DNA from: the human T2T-CHM13v2.0 reference genome, Homo sapiens
Strand: one strand, 5' to 3'
DNA: 64,000 nt
Assembly (NCBI RefSeq): GCF_009914755.1
Contig: NC_060926.1
The notes beneath the pieces are model-generated. The model had not been told where the DNA came from, did no database searches, and saw nothing but the letters and a program-made list of their open reading frames with translations. Both the position numbers and the translations under genes were made by a program. This document shows, one piece after another, positions 39,265 through 55,039 of this stretch; the first letter of the stretch is position 1; every line of letters begins with the position of its first letter.

Positions 39265-39475
39265 CTGGGTTTCAATGTTGGCTCCTTCACTAGGTGGCTA
39301 GGTAACTTTGGGCAGATTATTTATGTTTCTCAGGCCTAAGTCCCTGAGTGTGTAAAATGAGAGAAATAAGCCTGCTTTACATGACCGCTGGGATGACTAA
39401 ATGAGACAGTATAGAGATCTTAGCATAGGGTGTTGTGCATAGAAAATGGGCTCAATAAATAGTAGCTGTTAATAA
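39265..39475 (+). mobile_element. MIR
   Basis: gggtttcaatgttggctcc...aactttgggcagattattt...tgtaaaatgagag...ctcaataaatagtagct. Confidence 0.7.
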
Positions 39476-39479
39476 CAGC

Positions 39480-39910
39480 TATTCAACAGACATTTGTTGG
39501 AAACTTTCTACATTTGTTTGAAAATGCTAGGAATTTTTCTAGGCTGTCATGATATAAAGATAACTAGTACAGTCCCCGAAACAGGTATTTGGTAACTAGG
39601 CGTCCATGGGCAGGAGGCACCCAACCAGCCCAGAGTGTCAGGAAAAGCCCCTAGCAGAGATGATATAGCCAGAGTCTTAGAAAATGAATGTGAATTTTCC
39701 AGAGAGGTGGGGAATTTGCCAGACACTGGGAGAGGCAGGGAGGGCATTTCAGCCAGAGGAACAGCCAAAAAGAATCTGGTGTGCTCAGAGGAGACATTCC
39801 GTGGGTACATAGTGGAGAGGAAGATAAGCTGGAGGAGTGAGAAGGGCTAGGGGACAAGTTTAGTTATCATAATCATTTTTTGCTAAGGAGTTGGATTGTA
39901 TCCCAAAGGC
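39480..39910 (-). mobile_element. L2 relic
   Basis: attcaacagacatttgttg; gagggcatttcagccagaggaacagc. Confidence 0.55.
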
Positions 39911-41231
39911 CATTAGCCAACTAATACTGTTCAAATTGGAATCAGTCATTTAATTGCATCATCTCCAAACTACATTAGTGCTACACAGTGTCATTTAAAC
40001 TCCTGTGACACAGAGAGGTCTGGAGTCTGTTGGAAATGAGACCTTCAGTCACAGCTGCTAAGAGAAAAACAGGAACCTTGGCTGCACTTTCAGCCTCACA
40101 CAATTCAGCAAACGTTTAATGGAACCTCTTTCTGTGTCCAGCACAAGTATTTGGCACTTGGGATAGAGGGTTGGAGTGGAGTGAAAAGTGTGAACAGAGG
40201 CAATCTCTGCTCCTAGAAGCTCCAGCATAAGGGTTGGGTTCCAGCAAAAGGCAAAGCATGTCTCATAAAAGTGCTGTATCTGTGGCATGTGCCCTGCCTT
40301 CACCCCTCAGCCTGTCCTGTCTCAGACCATGTCCTCTTTCAGGTTATATTTCCTGGACAGTAAACAGGGCTCACCTCCACTGAGCAGGATAGGCTTTTCT
40401 GGGTGCTACTCAATGTTGGTCCTCCCTCTCCTGCTTCATCCCCATGGTTTTCTTGAGGAAAGAAGACAGGGTCAGCAGGGGAGGGTGGAGGGTTGAGAGT
40501 GAAAGGAGGCTTGGATTCACTGCACCTCGCCTTTCCTGCAGGGGAACAATTAAACAGCTTGTAAAGCCCAATTCTGTATCTCATGGGCATTGAAGAAAGG
40601 GATTTTAAAAAGCTGATTCTAGGCATTAATTAGTAATGAGTTTCTGCTACATTTTTTAAAGTTGTACTTGTCACACCATTCAGTGGTCATTATCCCTTTT
40701 TAATGAATCCACAAGGTTAGTTTTACGATTGGCAAGAAATTCAGAGTTTCAGGAGAGACTCTGTATGTTAGAGAGCTCCTCAGGCCAAGGTCATTCTTTC
40801 TAACAAGTGGATAAGCAGCCTCCTTTCTAGGGTGCTCCAGCCTCATGGGGACCCCTTGTGGGGCAGCATCCTTCACCTGAATGCTACCCCTCCAGATGCT
40901 TCCAACCTTCAGGCCCCAGCCCGATCTGCTTCCATCCGAGGTCACCCAGTCCTTTCATACCATGATAGACTCCAACGCTGAATGCCTGGGCCTCTAAGCA
41001 AGTGCTCCTCTCAGTTCCTCTTATGAGTGTTGGGTGCCACCTCATCTTTCCCCAAGACATTAGAAGCCAAAGGTCAGAGACGCCTTTTCAGACCTTCCTG
41101 TTGCCCTAGCTCAGAGCCAGTGGGTGGGATCCACCTTCACTTGATAAAGATGATTTCTGAGCCAACTCCCAGCAGGAGGGTTCTGTAGGCAGGCTCTGCC
41201 CTGTCATGGGTCAAGCAGGACCCAATTTTCT

Positions 41232-41739
41232 ATTTCTATTCATTTCTTGTTGCAGCTGTAATAACATACCACAAACGTGGTGGCTGAAAACCACCCAGAG
41301 ATTGATAATCTCACCCTTCTGAAGGTTGGAAGGCTGATACAGGTCTCACTGGGCTAATACCAAGGTGTCAGTAGGTTGCATTTCTTCTGGAGGCCATAAG
41401 GGAGAACCCTTCTTCTTGCCTTTTCCAGCTTCTAGAGGCTTCCTGCATGTCGTGGCCTCAGCCTCTTCCATCTTCAAGCCGGCAGTGGGTGGCCGAGGCT
41501 TTCTCACAAGGCAGCACTCTGGTACCGATGCTTCTCCCTTCCTCTGCCACATTTAACAACCCTGTGATCATGTTGAGACTGCCAGGATAATCCAGGACCA
41601 CCTCGTTTTCTTCAGGTTAGCTCATTAACAATCTCATTCCATCTGCTCCCTTCATTCCCCCTTCCATGTAACATAACATTCACAGGCTCCTGGGACCAGG
41701 ACGGGGACGCGTGTGTGGGCCATGATTATGCTTACCACA
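41232..41739 (-). mobile_element. MLT1D-like solo LTR
   Basis: gctgtaataacataccacaaac...gtctcactgggctaataccaaggtgtcag...attatgcttaccaca. Confidence 0.8.
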
Positions 41740-43404
41740 GTAATCGAGGTGAAGGAGATATGCAAAAACAAACAAACAAACAAAAACCCATTTCCCCAGC
41801 TTGTTTAGTGGGACAGACGCAACCAGAGAGAGCCCCACTAGGCGGAATGCTCCCAAACAGGAAGGGAAAAGGATTTACTGTTATAGAAACATTTCATTTC
41901 CTCCACTTAACTTCTTTTATCCTCCCAGGATTTGAAGTTGCCAAAAAGGTGGGAGCTTTTCCTTTGTTTATGGCTGTGACTTTGACATGTTAATGACAGG
42001 GGACTTTGCTAGCCTTGAAAGAGTGGGGAGGACCGAAGAGACAGCTTGCTTTCTTCCATCTGCCATGGGCCTATCGGAGCCATCATTTCACCTCGCTTTG
42101 TGGAGGTTTTCTTCATGTATTCCATGAGGATGAGGCCATCTGCTTTCCTGTCTGTAATTAGTTGCACACTTGTGCTTCTGCTGCTATTGCACTATGTTAT
42201 TATGTTTGGGTTTTTAAAAGTATGATGTGCGCCTCCCTTACTTGAATCAAGACTCCCTCAGAGAATGGTGCATGTTTTCAGTGCCTGAGAGAGGGCGTCT
42301 GATGGTAAGGGAACCTCTGGGGGTTGTTCTGAATCCTTGAGCAGCAGTCAGACTGCAGTCTTACTCTTACCTCCTGGGAAGACGCAGTCACAGTCAACAG
42401 GGAAACATCTTGCCATCAATTACGAAAGCCTCATGCAAGCTGCTTGGCTTTGTAATTCAGGAGACTATGGAAGGCCTGCTAGTTGTCCAGAGCAGGAGAT
42501 ACAGACCAGAAGGGGAAAATGGGATCCTGAGTGTGAGTCATTCTCACCATTTTGTCCTCAAAGAGAAAAAAAGTGCTGGTGGTGGGTGCCAAGTAGAGGA
42601 ATAAACAGGTTCTAACATCAAGGGCAGGAGAAGAGAGGGGTTGAGGATGTAGCAGCATGGGAAAATAGTTGGTAAGACAATAGTTGATGGGAGAATGAAC
42701 AGGTTTAAAAGTTAGATTAAAAAAAAGAGCAGCAACTACTTTTGCCTGCCTTGTCTGGTGTTGCATGGTCTTGTCAAGAGTTTTTCATCACAGTCCTGTC
42801 AACAAATTAACTGGTAGGAAAAAAAAAATGAAAAAGCTTTCCTTTTAGAGAATGTGCTCACAGAAAGCAACTGTTCCCCCCAAGGACTTGCCCCAGTTCC
42901 ATCTCTGCATCTGGAGGGAGAGAGGGAGTCAGAGCGTGTGGCCTGGTGCTCTCCAAGAGGGACGTTCTCTGGCAGTGTGGGAGCCACACTTCAGGCAGCA
43001 CCTGGTCTGTACGTGTCTTGGTGGGACAGCTGATGTAGGGACTCACCCTAGTTCCCTCCTGGATCCTGCTGCCCTGCCACTTTTTGGTGAAAAGGCAGGG
43101 GAGACGCAAACTGAGAAGTCAGAGCTCATCTGTATCAATACACCTTAGCACGAGAGCTGCTAGGAGCAGTCACGGCTTCTATGAGTGAGTCATTTTATTT
43201 TTGAATAGATAACATAGTCACATAGTGTAAAATTGCAAAGGAATGAGAGAGTACACAGTGAAAAGGTTTCCTTCCACCCTTGACTCCAGACACCTAATTC
43301 CTTCACTGGAACCAACTAATGTAGTTAATTTCTTGCACACCCTGCCAGAAGTATTTAATGCGTATATAAGCAAACATACATAAGTTTCCGCTCCCCTTCT
43401 TTTA

Positions 43405-44120
43405 AAATTTAATTGTATTATTTTAAAAGGAATTTCTTCTTTAGGTCAGTTTTAGATGCATGGCAAAATTGAGCAGAAGGCACAGAGACTTCCCATATAC
43501 TCTCTGCCCCATACACCGACAGCCTCCATGCTTATCAACATCCCTCACCAGAGTGGTACATGCTGTTACAGTCAATGAACCTACACTGATGCCACATTAC
43601 CACCCAAAATCCATAGTTTACATTAGGGACACTCTTACTGTTGAACACTGTAGATATTTGGGAAAATATATAATGACATGTATCCAGCATTGCATAGGTA
43701 TCACTGCCCCAAAAGTCCCTGTACTGTGCCTTTTCATCCCTCCGTACCCCAACCCCTGGCAATCACTGATCTTTCTACTGTCTCTGTGGTTTTGCCTTTT
43801 CACAAATGTCACGTAGCTGGACTTCTACAATATGTAGCCTTTTCAGGTTGGCTTCTTTCATTTAGTAATATGCATTTTAAGTTTTCTCTGTGTCTTTTTT
43901 TGACTTGACAGCTCATTTCTTTTCGGTGCTGAATAATACTCCATTGTCTGGATGTACCAGAGTTTATCTATTCACTTACTGAAGGGTGTCATGGTTGCAT
44001 CTAAGTTTTGGCAATTATGAATAAAGCTGCCATCAGTATCCACGTGCAGGTTTTTGTGTAGACATAGGTTTTCAACTCGTTTGGGTCAATATCAAGGAGT
44101 GTGATTTCTGAATCACGTTG
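43405..44120 (-). mobile_element. L1MC1-like 3' end
   Basis: Antisense homolog of 12600-13170 (caccagagtggtaca...atgaacctacactga). Confidence 0.82.
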
Positions 44121-44479
44121 CCTCCCTCACCCCCTTTTATCCATATACAATGTTCTGCATCTTGCTTTTTTGTTATATTTTAGAGATCATTCCATATTAT
44201 CTCCAATGAACTCTTTATGTCAGTAAAAAAAATTGCATGGAAAGGATTATGCATCTAAGCTTATGACAACAAGAACACTTTTATCTTTGATAGCCATTTG
44301 ATGAGACATGGTCATGAAAGATGAAAAAACCCATTGGAAAAAAAAACCCTGTTGAGGAAAACCTATTGTATAAATAGTTCATTAAATTTAAATGGGGGAG
44401 TTGGGGAGGGAAACATCGTGGAAGCAAGAACATCATCATGGGGCACAGGGGACAAGCACACTGTGTGACTGAAGGAACA

Positions 44480-44690
44480 AAGGATCTAGAGTCAGAAGCT
44501 GGTTCAAACTCTGGCTCCTTCTCTTGCTATGCAACCTTAGACAAGTCACTCTTGGACCTAGATCCTCAGTTTTCTCACCTATAAAACAGCACCAATAAAA
44601 AATGCCTATTTCACTAGTTTTTGGAAGAATCCAGTGAGACAATGCAAGAGACAGAAGTCTTTGTAAAACATTAAGTGCTAGATGGATATA
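44480..44690 (+). mobile_element. MIR
   Basis: ctagagtcagaagctggttcaaactctggctcc...cctcagttttctcacctataaaa. Confidence 0.75.
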
Positions 44691-46308
44691 TTCACTCTCT
44701 TGGCAATATTGCCGTGTGCCGGCTGTGAACCACAGGGTTCCAGGCCCTGGATGCTGGGTGGAAAGCTGACGCGACCCCATGCCCTACGGAGCTTATATTC
44801 TCAGGGTGTGGGCAGGATAAACGAATAAGCAAAGAAGAGAGTTTGAAAGATAGTGCTAAGAAGGAAATAACACACAGAGAGGTGAGTAAGTGGTCAGATG
44901 GGTGCCCAAGTGAGACAGGGAGGTCAGAAGTGTGGCCTGCTCAAGGGGTTCCCATAGAGCTGGTCGCCACCCAAGGCAATGAAGGAAGGGTGTCGAGGCC
45001 AGATATAAATTATTTGTGCCCAGTAGTGCCAGGGGCATGGCAGCCTTGAGAGGAAAGTTGGCAGACGGCTGGGTCGTTTTCTCCTTTTTCCAACTGAAGC
45101 TCCTCCCCCCAGCCTTTTTCTCTTCCCTGAGGCTTGTCTGGGGCTGGTGGCACCAAGCAAGGCAGTGGAGGCTGTGGCTGGTGTAACATGATTCTCATCC
45201 ATGCACAGATCCAGAACAGGAGCCCGAAGGAGGTCAGAGGTAGCAGGGAGCCCAGTCAGCTACGTGCCTTCCTTCCACACTGCCTCCACAGCTGGGCCAA
45301 GCTGTTTGTTTGGATTGTAGAGTGATTTTTTATTTTCTGCTAACACCGCAAAGCAGCACATTTGTGCATGTTTATGTGTGAAATGGTATGCATTTAAAAT
45401 GAAACAAACTTTTATATAAATGTACAAAGTTACAGAACTGTATTTCTAAGCTTTCGCTGTACTTCCAAGTGCAGTGAGAGCAAAACAGCTTCTCAGATTC
45501 ACCCTTCATTCAAAAGAAAGCTTGAAGCCACCCAGGGGAGGCAAGAATGGGCCTGGGATGTCTCAAGCTTCAGGAAGAGAAACCAAGAGGGACTCATCTG
45601 AGCTCCTATTGCAAATGCCCCAGAGGTAACTGAAAGGCTCCCAGCCTAAATCCAAGTTTATCCCAGGCCACCTTGTGAATAATAGAGGTAATAGTTATCC
45701 TCCACTAAGGAAACACTATGTGCAGAGTACACAGGTTAAGTATGTTCTGTGCATCTCTAATTCTCACAACACACCCAGGTTGGTGCTCCACAGGTGGGTC
45801 TCAGGGACTGGTAGGCAAGGGGTAGAAACCAAAATGAAAACCTGTACCATCCTCTGGAGAAAGCCTTGATTTAAATAAAGTTTTATGACCCAACTAAGGA
45901 CACAAGCTAGCCCGGCTGGGATCCCAACACGGGTGTACCTGGTTCTAGATACAGCATCTCTCAACCCATAGCAGTGCATTTGGGCCACCATTTCCACCCA
46001 CAAGTCACCAGAATCCTCAGGTTGCTGGTCTTAGGGACCCCTGAGAGGCTGCTCGGGGATCCCACTAAAGACCACCAGGCAGACCCAGTTTCCTAAGCAG
46101 TGTCTGTAACCTAACGATGATGGTGAGAAGTTCCCGGGTAACCTCTGACTGTGCTTTGCAGCATGCAGGGAGGCCTGGCCCCATGTCTATTATTTCTGCC
46201 TTCTGTCTACCTTCCACTGATCAGTTTTAGCAAGATTGGAGACCAGGATAGAAATCTGTTCTGATTTATTCTTTCTCACTAACCTTCTATCAAAAATTAC
46301 CTATTCCA

Positions 46309-46623
<315 letters not shown>

Positions 46624-46635
46624 CTATCCCAAAGA

Positions 46636-46850
46636 TAGGTTAGCGGTTGCCTAGGGCTGGGGGAATGGGGAAGAAGGAGGAGTGACCACTGATGGGTACA
46701 AGGTTTCTTTTGGGTTGCTGAAAATATTTTGGAATTAGATAGTAGTGATTGTTGTACAGCACTGCGGATATATTAAAAACCACTGAAATGTACACCTTAT
46801 ATTAATGAGTTGTGTGGTGTGTCAGTTACACCTCAAAAAAACTGTTAACA
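46636..46850 (+). mobile_element. Old L1M 3'UTR fragment
   Basis: ggttgcctagggctggggg...ggaattagatagtagtgattgttgtacagcactg. Confidence 0.7.
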
Positions 46851-47028
46851 GAACATTACTTGTTTCATTTCCCATCTTTTCATGGCTATTAGGTGATTAG
46901 ATGTGGTGGGTTTTAAATACGTCTATAAATACTTTGGTTCTTTTCCACTGAAGAGATGGAACTTAGTAACGCTCCCCTTGAGTATGGTCTGGACTTAGTA
47001 ACTTTTATCCTAACAATCGCATGTGCCA

Positions 47029-47295
47029 GGCTAGGGGTGGTGGCTTATACCTGTAATCCCAACAGTTTGGGTGGCCAAGGCAGAAGGACCACTTGAGCCC
47101 AGGAGTTCAAGACCAGCATGACCAACATAGGAAGACCCTGTATCTACAAAACCCACAAAAATTAGCTGTGTAGTCTTGGCTCCTGAGGAGGCTGAGGTAG
47201 GAGGATCACTAGTGCCCAGGATATCAAGGCTACTGTGAGCTATAATTATGCCACTGCACCCCGGCATGGGTGATAGTCCAAATAATAATAATAAT
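47029..47295 (+). mobile_element. AluJ (degenerate)
   Basis: ggaccacttgagcccaggagttcaagaccagc; (AAT)n tail. Confidence 0.85.
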
Positions 47296-47305
47296 AGCAT
47301 TTGCT

Positions 47306-47617
47306 GGCCGGGCATGGTGGCTCACGCCTATAATCCCAGCACTTTGGGAGGCCGAGGCGGGCAGATCACAAGGTCAGGAGATCGAGACCATCCTGGCTAA
47401 CACGGTGAAACCCCGTATCTACTAAACAAAATACAAAAAATTAGCTGGGGTGAGGTGGTGGACGCCTGTAGTCCCAGGAGGCTGAGGCAGGAGAATGGCG
47501 TGAACCCAGGAGGCGGAGCTTGCAGTGAGCGGAGATCGTGCCACTGCACTCCAGCCTGGGGGACAGAGCAAGACTCTGTCTCAAAATAAATAAATAAATA
47601 AATAAATTATAAATAAC
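47306..47617 (+). mobile_element. AluY inserted at the end of the AluJ tail
   Basis: Y diagnostics; TSD aataatagcatttgct (47290-47305, 47618-47633). Confidence 0.92.
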
Positions 47618-49186
47618 AATAATAGCATTTGCTAGTAGTCAGAAAGTATAACTCCCAATAGCAGGCATTGCAGCTTCCCCCTTGCTTCTCTTCCTTGGAT
47701 CACTCATCCTTGAAGGAACCCAGCAGCCATGTTGTGAGGACACTCAGACAGCCCCCTGGAGAGCACATGTGGTGAGGAACTGAGGCCTGCTACCAAAAGC
47801 CACCAGAATGATCCATCTTAGAAGCAGATCCTCCAACCACAGTCAAGCCTACATGTGACCGCACCTCGGCCAGGATCTTCATCTTCATGAGAGACCCTCA
47901 GCTAGAACCACCAGCTAATTTGCTCCCAAATTCCTAAGCTGCAGAAACTGTAAGATGATACATGTTTATTATCTTAAGCCACTAAATTTTGGGTTAATCT
48001 GTTAGGCAGCATTAGCTAACATAAGATACAGTAAAATACATGATTAGATAACAATCTGTTAGATCGTATTGGTAACAATGAGCTAATCTGTGGTAAAGTT
48101 TTGATAAACACTGGTGGGTGATGCTTTTTCCTTCCAAAATAATGCCTTTCTATTTTAACAGAGTAACCTACCTAGAGCTGCAGTGCCCCAATTCGAAAGC
48201 ACTGTGACAATGGTGAATATTTCCGACTGTTGGTAGGCATGTAGGGAGGTTATTTTTGATCTAGGGCTGGGGAGTTTCTGTGACTTTCTAATTATGCCAT
48301 GCAGCCAGCTGCCTGTTCTTCCTACGAATGTGTCTGCACTCATTCCTCAGGTGGTCTAGAGAGACAATTCCTGTCAGAGGCAACACGGGCAGGGACTCGA
48401 TAATGTTACCAGCCTCCAAGTGGCAGGAAAACACTCCTTTCTCTCTAGGGTTCCCATTCCCCTTTCTTTTCATGGCACCACCTCCTTTGACTATCTGGTC
48501 TCCCGCAGGCAAAGGTCAGCCACTCTGTCCTTTACGTCCTTCACTCACAGGTCTTTCCATTCTGGGTAAGTTATGCCTTTGCAGCCTGCTGACTTTTTCT
48601 TTTTGTCATGTCTTCTGTCTTCTTTGACATTTGTTGCTGCTACGGCCCTTTGGAAAGCCTGGAATTCTACTAATAATGTCCTGAAAACTGGGGATTGGCA
48701 TGTAAGAGTGCTAAAGTTTTCACAGCAGGGACTTCGGAGTGTCTTTATGCTTGTGTGAAACAAGTAAAGAAGTGCACACACACAGCACACCACCCACAAA
48801 ACAACAAAAAGGTGAGTGTAATGGCTACCCAGGGTCTGCCTCCCCAGCCACAAGCCTGGGCGAGATGTCAGGCTTTGACTCTACACCTTCCTCCACACAG
48901 AGGTGACTCCTCCCACCCAGACTGAGGGCTGTTAATAGGTAACCAACACCAAAATCATTTACAAAGGATTAATAGTAATCTCTCAAGCACACAATATCTC
49001 CTTTGCTATAATCATTACCTTTGAGTATTTCATTTCTCCATCTGCTTTGAGAATGTTTGAGAATTTTCTTTGTCTTTCACTATCAATGTAAACAATTGCT
49101 TGGGATCCCCAGGTACTTACTCCAAGTTTTGCATTTTGTGGTTTCACTGCTGTTTCTGTTTCAGAGACCAAGAGCTACTAGTGGCC

Positions 49187-50087
<901 letters not shown>

Positions 50088-51920
50088 TTGTGGCCCCTTG
50101 TGACCTGTTCCCACCCCATCCATCTCTAGCGCTCCCCTGCTCCCCCATTCTATGCCTTTCCATGGGGCACTGGGTGCTGTTCACCAGGCTTGCCGTGCCT
50201 CCTCAGCCCTAGGACTTCACATGCGCTCTTGACTCCATTGGGAATGGTCTTCCTTCTCCTCCATATACACTCAATCACGTGTAATGCCTGTAACTGCACC
50301 CATCACCTTGAATTGTATTGACGTGGTTGTAGATTTGTTTTCTCACTAGACTGTGAGCTTCTTGAGAATAAGGAACAGATCCGATTTACCTCAGTGTACA
50401 TACCCAGAATTGCAGAAAAAGCACTATGTGTGTTACTAGAAGCTGTCTAGAATTCTGCTGGTTATGTACTGCCTCTTACCTTCTCTTCCACAGACACTCC
50501 TATTCTCTCCAACCGCCATTGCATCCGTGATACTGACAGTACAGAGACCAACCATGGAGCACGTGGTCTTCCTTCCTCCTGAAATTATTCCTTTGACAGG
50601 AAGTTGCCTATGGACTGGGACCTGGAGATTTTGCTTGGGATGCTCTGGCCTCACTTCAGGAAGAGTTCTAGAGCAGGGTACCAGGCCAGACACTTCTGGT
50701 TTCAAGAAACAGAGACTCCTAAAGGAAGCAAGGAAGATTGTTGTGTTGTGTTGTGTTGTGTTTTGGTTGGTTGGTTGGAAACCCAATGTTATGCTTCTTC
50801 AGGAGCAAGCATATGCCAGAAACAGCATCCATACCAGGATCCCTCAGCAACTGGGCTTCACAGAGCCTGGGACTCCGGTCAGGAGCTCAGAGCTTGCTCT
50901 GAATCCAAGGCAATACTGCTGCCCAGGTCACAGTGAACTTCACCCCAAGGCTCCATAGTCAGTGTGACAAGTTTTTCACTCCTCTCTCTAAGGTGCTTCC
51001 ATTACCAATTTACCACATTCTCACCTTAGCCCTAGTTCAAAGTCCAAACAGAAGGAATCTGATTGGCCCAGGTGATCAGTGAAGTCTGTTAGCACAGGCT
51101 AAGAGATTTCCACCTGGCCAACTCCTGGCTGTGCTTAAGTCAGGTGTCTGCTTCTCATCCAATGAGCTGAGGTTCAGAAAAGAGGCTCAGAGGCACCAGT
51201 GTGATGACTCACTGGAAGAAAGTCCTCATCGGGAATGGGAGTGCAGCAAATACACTGAGGACTTTCCTCTCTGGTCCCCCACGCTTTTTACTGCTGTGTA
51301 GCATTAATTAGCTGTTTTCTCAACAACGGTACTTGTTTTATAACAGGATCCTTATTTGTCATCCTGAAATTGTCAGTTACAGTTTATGCTCTGATAATGT
51401 TCAGATATCCAGTTATAGAGCTATCAGTATCAAGCTCATTATTTAATGTATTAACAACAAAATGACACTCTGTTTCCTTGAGCAAGTCTCTTTCTCTCTT
51501 GCGAGCTTAGTTGAATTGCCTATGAATGTGAGCACAAAAATGCTTTATTTGCCCAAAGAGAGGGGAGGGACTAGTTCACCTCTTTAGGTACTGTCTCATA
51601 CCCAGAATCTAGAATTCTATAGTGATTTATGAACTTAGAGTTTCCAGACCACTGAATCAGGATCTATGTGCAAGATAAATGAATCAATGAGGTAGAAAAA
51701 GAGAGCTTCTTAATTTGAGCAATGAAACCCATTAAATAAAGGAAAACTTTTAATTGGTATGTCCAAAAATTGAGGACTTTGTCCTTGGCCTACATCGGTA
51801 GCTATTTTGCATGTGTGTAGGCCAGGCCTGAATCTCCAGTGAAACCCTCCCTGAATCCAGGCTCATTCCCAGGGCTGACTTTCAACCCCAAAGATGGATT
51901 TTTCCCTACATCTCCCATGA

Positions 51921-52307
<387 letters not shown>

Positions 52308-52719
52308 ACAAATTTCACTTTCATCTGAACTGCTTCTCTCTCCTAGACCTTCTTTCTTTTGCAGCATTTAAGCCCTGTTCCAACTGGCTCTTTTGCCTGA
52401 ACTTATACACATAATCAACCCTCGTCCAAAAAATAAATCCCCTTCCTTGGACCCTGCATGATCTCCTAGCTTTCACTCCAGGCTTTATACCCAAGCTTAA
52501 GGAAGAAGTGGTCTGTACTCAGAGTTCCCATTTCCTCCACTTCCCACCTCCAACTTGAGACAGGGAGACTTCTGCCCCCACACACTCCTGACCCTGCCTT
52601 TACCAGTGTTACCAGGATTCTCCTAATATCCACCTAGAACGTCCCCATCTTTAGGCCTGACATGTCTGGCCCTGTCCTTAGCATCTGACCTCAAGGATTC
52701 CTCCCTCCTCCCTGGAACC

Positions 52720-52915
52720 TGTGAGCATCAAAATCACGGGTGATTTTGTGAACTTTAGTGAGCGTCAAAATCACCTGGAAGGGCTTATTCAGACAAAGTG
52801 TGCCAGGCTCCACCTTGGAGTTTCTGACTGAGAGGTCTGGTTTGGGATGCTGGAGTGTGCATTGCTAATGAGTTCCCTGACGATGCCCATGCTGCTGGTC
52901 TGCAGACGACACACT
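52720..52915. mobile_element. MER5A-like hAT MITE
   Basis: gcgtcaaaatcacctggaagggctt...aatgagttccctgacgatgcccatgctgctggtctgcagac. Confidence 0.75.
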
Positions 52916-52924
52916 CACACACAT

Positions 52925-53135
52925 TGCTGGGGGTGATTTTGCACCACTCCCCTTTGAACATTTCGCAGTGTCTCGAGACATTCTGGGTTGTCACAGCTGG
53001 AGGGAGAGGCAAGGGAGCGGGGAGATGCTACTGAAATCTGATAAGTAGGAAGCAGGGGACAGCCCCATCCCCCCGTGGCCAACAAAGAATTATCTGACCC
53101 AAAATACCAATGGTGCTGAGGTTGAGAAACCCTGC
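52925..53135. mobile_element. MER20-like hAT MITE
   Basis: gggggtgattttgc...gagacattctgggttgtcac...gtgctgaggttgagaaaccctg. Confidence 0.78.
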
Positions 53136-53303
53136 CTCAAAGATCTCTTCCTTGGCTGTCTAGTCTCTGATATCTTCTTCTTGTCCCTCTGTCATCCCCA
53201 TGGCCTTATAGTCCCACCTGTCCTCACTTGTTTATTTCCACTGTCCCTTCTTGGTTCCGACTTCATAACCTCCCATATGCATTACTTACTACAATAGCTT
53301 CTT

Positions 53304-53659
<356 letters not shown>

Positions 53660-54144
53660 TACAATAGCTTCTTAAATGAACTTTTGGATGACAAGGTCAT
53701 CCCTCCTAAGTCAACATAAACTCTCTGAGCATGTGGCTTCCCTAGTTAAAAGCCATCAATGCTTCCCCTCCTCACCCAGTGCCTTCATGAGATCCTGGAC
53801 CCTTGGGACTCACAAGCCTCTGTGAGCTGCCTCTTGCTGGCCTCACCCGTCTGGCCTGCCCCACTGCCCTCCCCACATAGCACACTTCTGCCTTCCGAAG
53901 CTGCTTATAATTGCTGCTTTCTGTCTCCAGATAACATATTGTGTTCTCCTCCACCTAGAAAGCCCTTTCTTCATCTCTGCCTGGCGAATTATTTTCCCAA
54001 CCTTTAAGACTCAACTCAAGTTGAAACCTCCTCCAAAGAGCCTTCCCTGACCCTCCTTGTCTGCTAACTTAGCTGCTCCAACTGTGGGTCTCACAGAGCC
54101 CCTTGCTGATATCTGTGCTCATCTATCCTAACACTTATCACCCT

Positions 54145-54415
54145 GGAGGTGCAAGAGAGCCCAGCGCTAAACACACAGACTCTGAGCTGAAATTTCAGCG
54201 TTTGAATCCCAGCTCTGATGTTTACTAGCTGTGTGACCTTGGATAATGCACTTAATGGTCTGTGCCTCAGTTTCTTTATCTGTAAAATGGGGTTGATGAG
54301 TGCCTACCTTATTAGATTGTGAAGACCGGATGAGTTAATATACAAAGAAAGCACTTAGAACAGGGCTTGGCAATTAATAAGCAGTTTAATAGAGTTGGTC
54401 ATTGTTATTATTATT
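54145..54415 (+). mobile_element. MIR within L2 relic
   Basis: tttgaatcccagctctg...ctagctgtgtgaccttgg...tgcctcagtttctttatctgtaaaatgggg. Confidence 0.85.
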
Positions 54416-54692
54416 ACTGACTTGTCTGTTTACCTCACTGGGTTGTAAGCTCTGTGAAGATAGCAGTATGTTTTTGATTTCTGTATCCGCTCGTCCACAG
54501 TAAGCATTTAATAAATGTAAGTTAGATTTGTAAATCTCCTTCCCTTCTTTTCTTGCTGTCTGCCTGACACCATTTATTCATTAAACAAATGTTTACTGAG
54601 CACTTTATATATGAGTCATTATTGTCCACGCCCTTGGTTTCTAGGAGCATAATACAGTGCCTGGGGCACTGAATTAAGACTTGAAAAAAACG

Positions 54693-55039
<347 letters not shown>

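Larger units (their letters stand above)
46903..48022 (+). mobile_element. MLT1F-like LTR interrupted by two Alus
   Basis: tgtggtgggttttaaatacgtc...ctggacttagtaac; resumes 47634 to ttaagccactaaattttggg...gcagcattagctaac. Confidence 0.72.

Noticed and set aside
50436-50958. Overlapping 110-164 aa ORFs
   Set aside because: No recognisable domain or exon structure; they lie in degenerate repeat-like and simple-repeat sequence.
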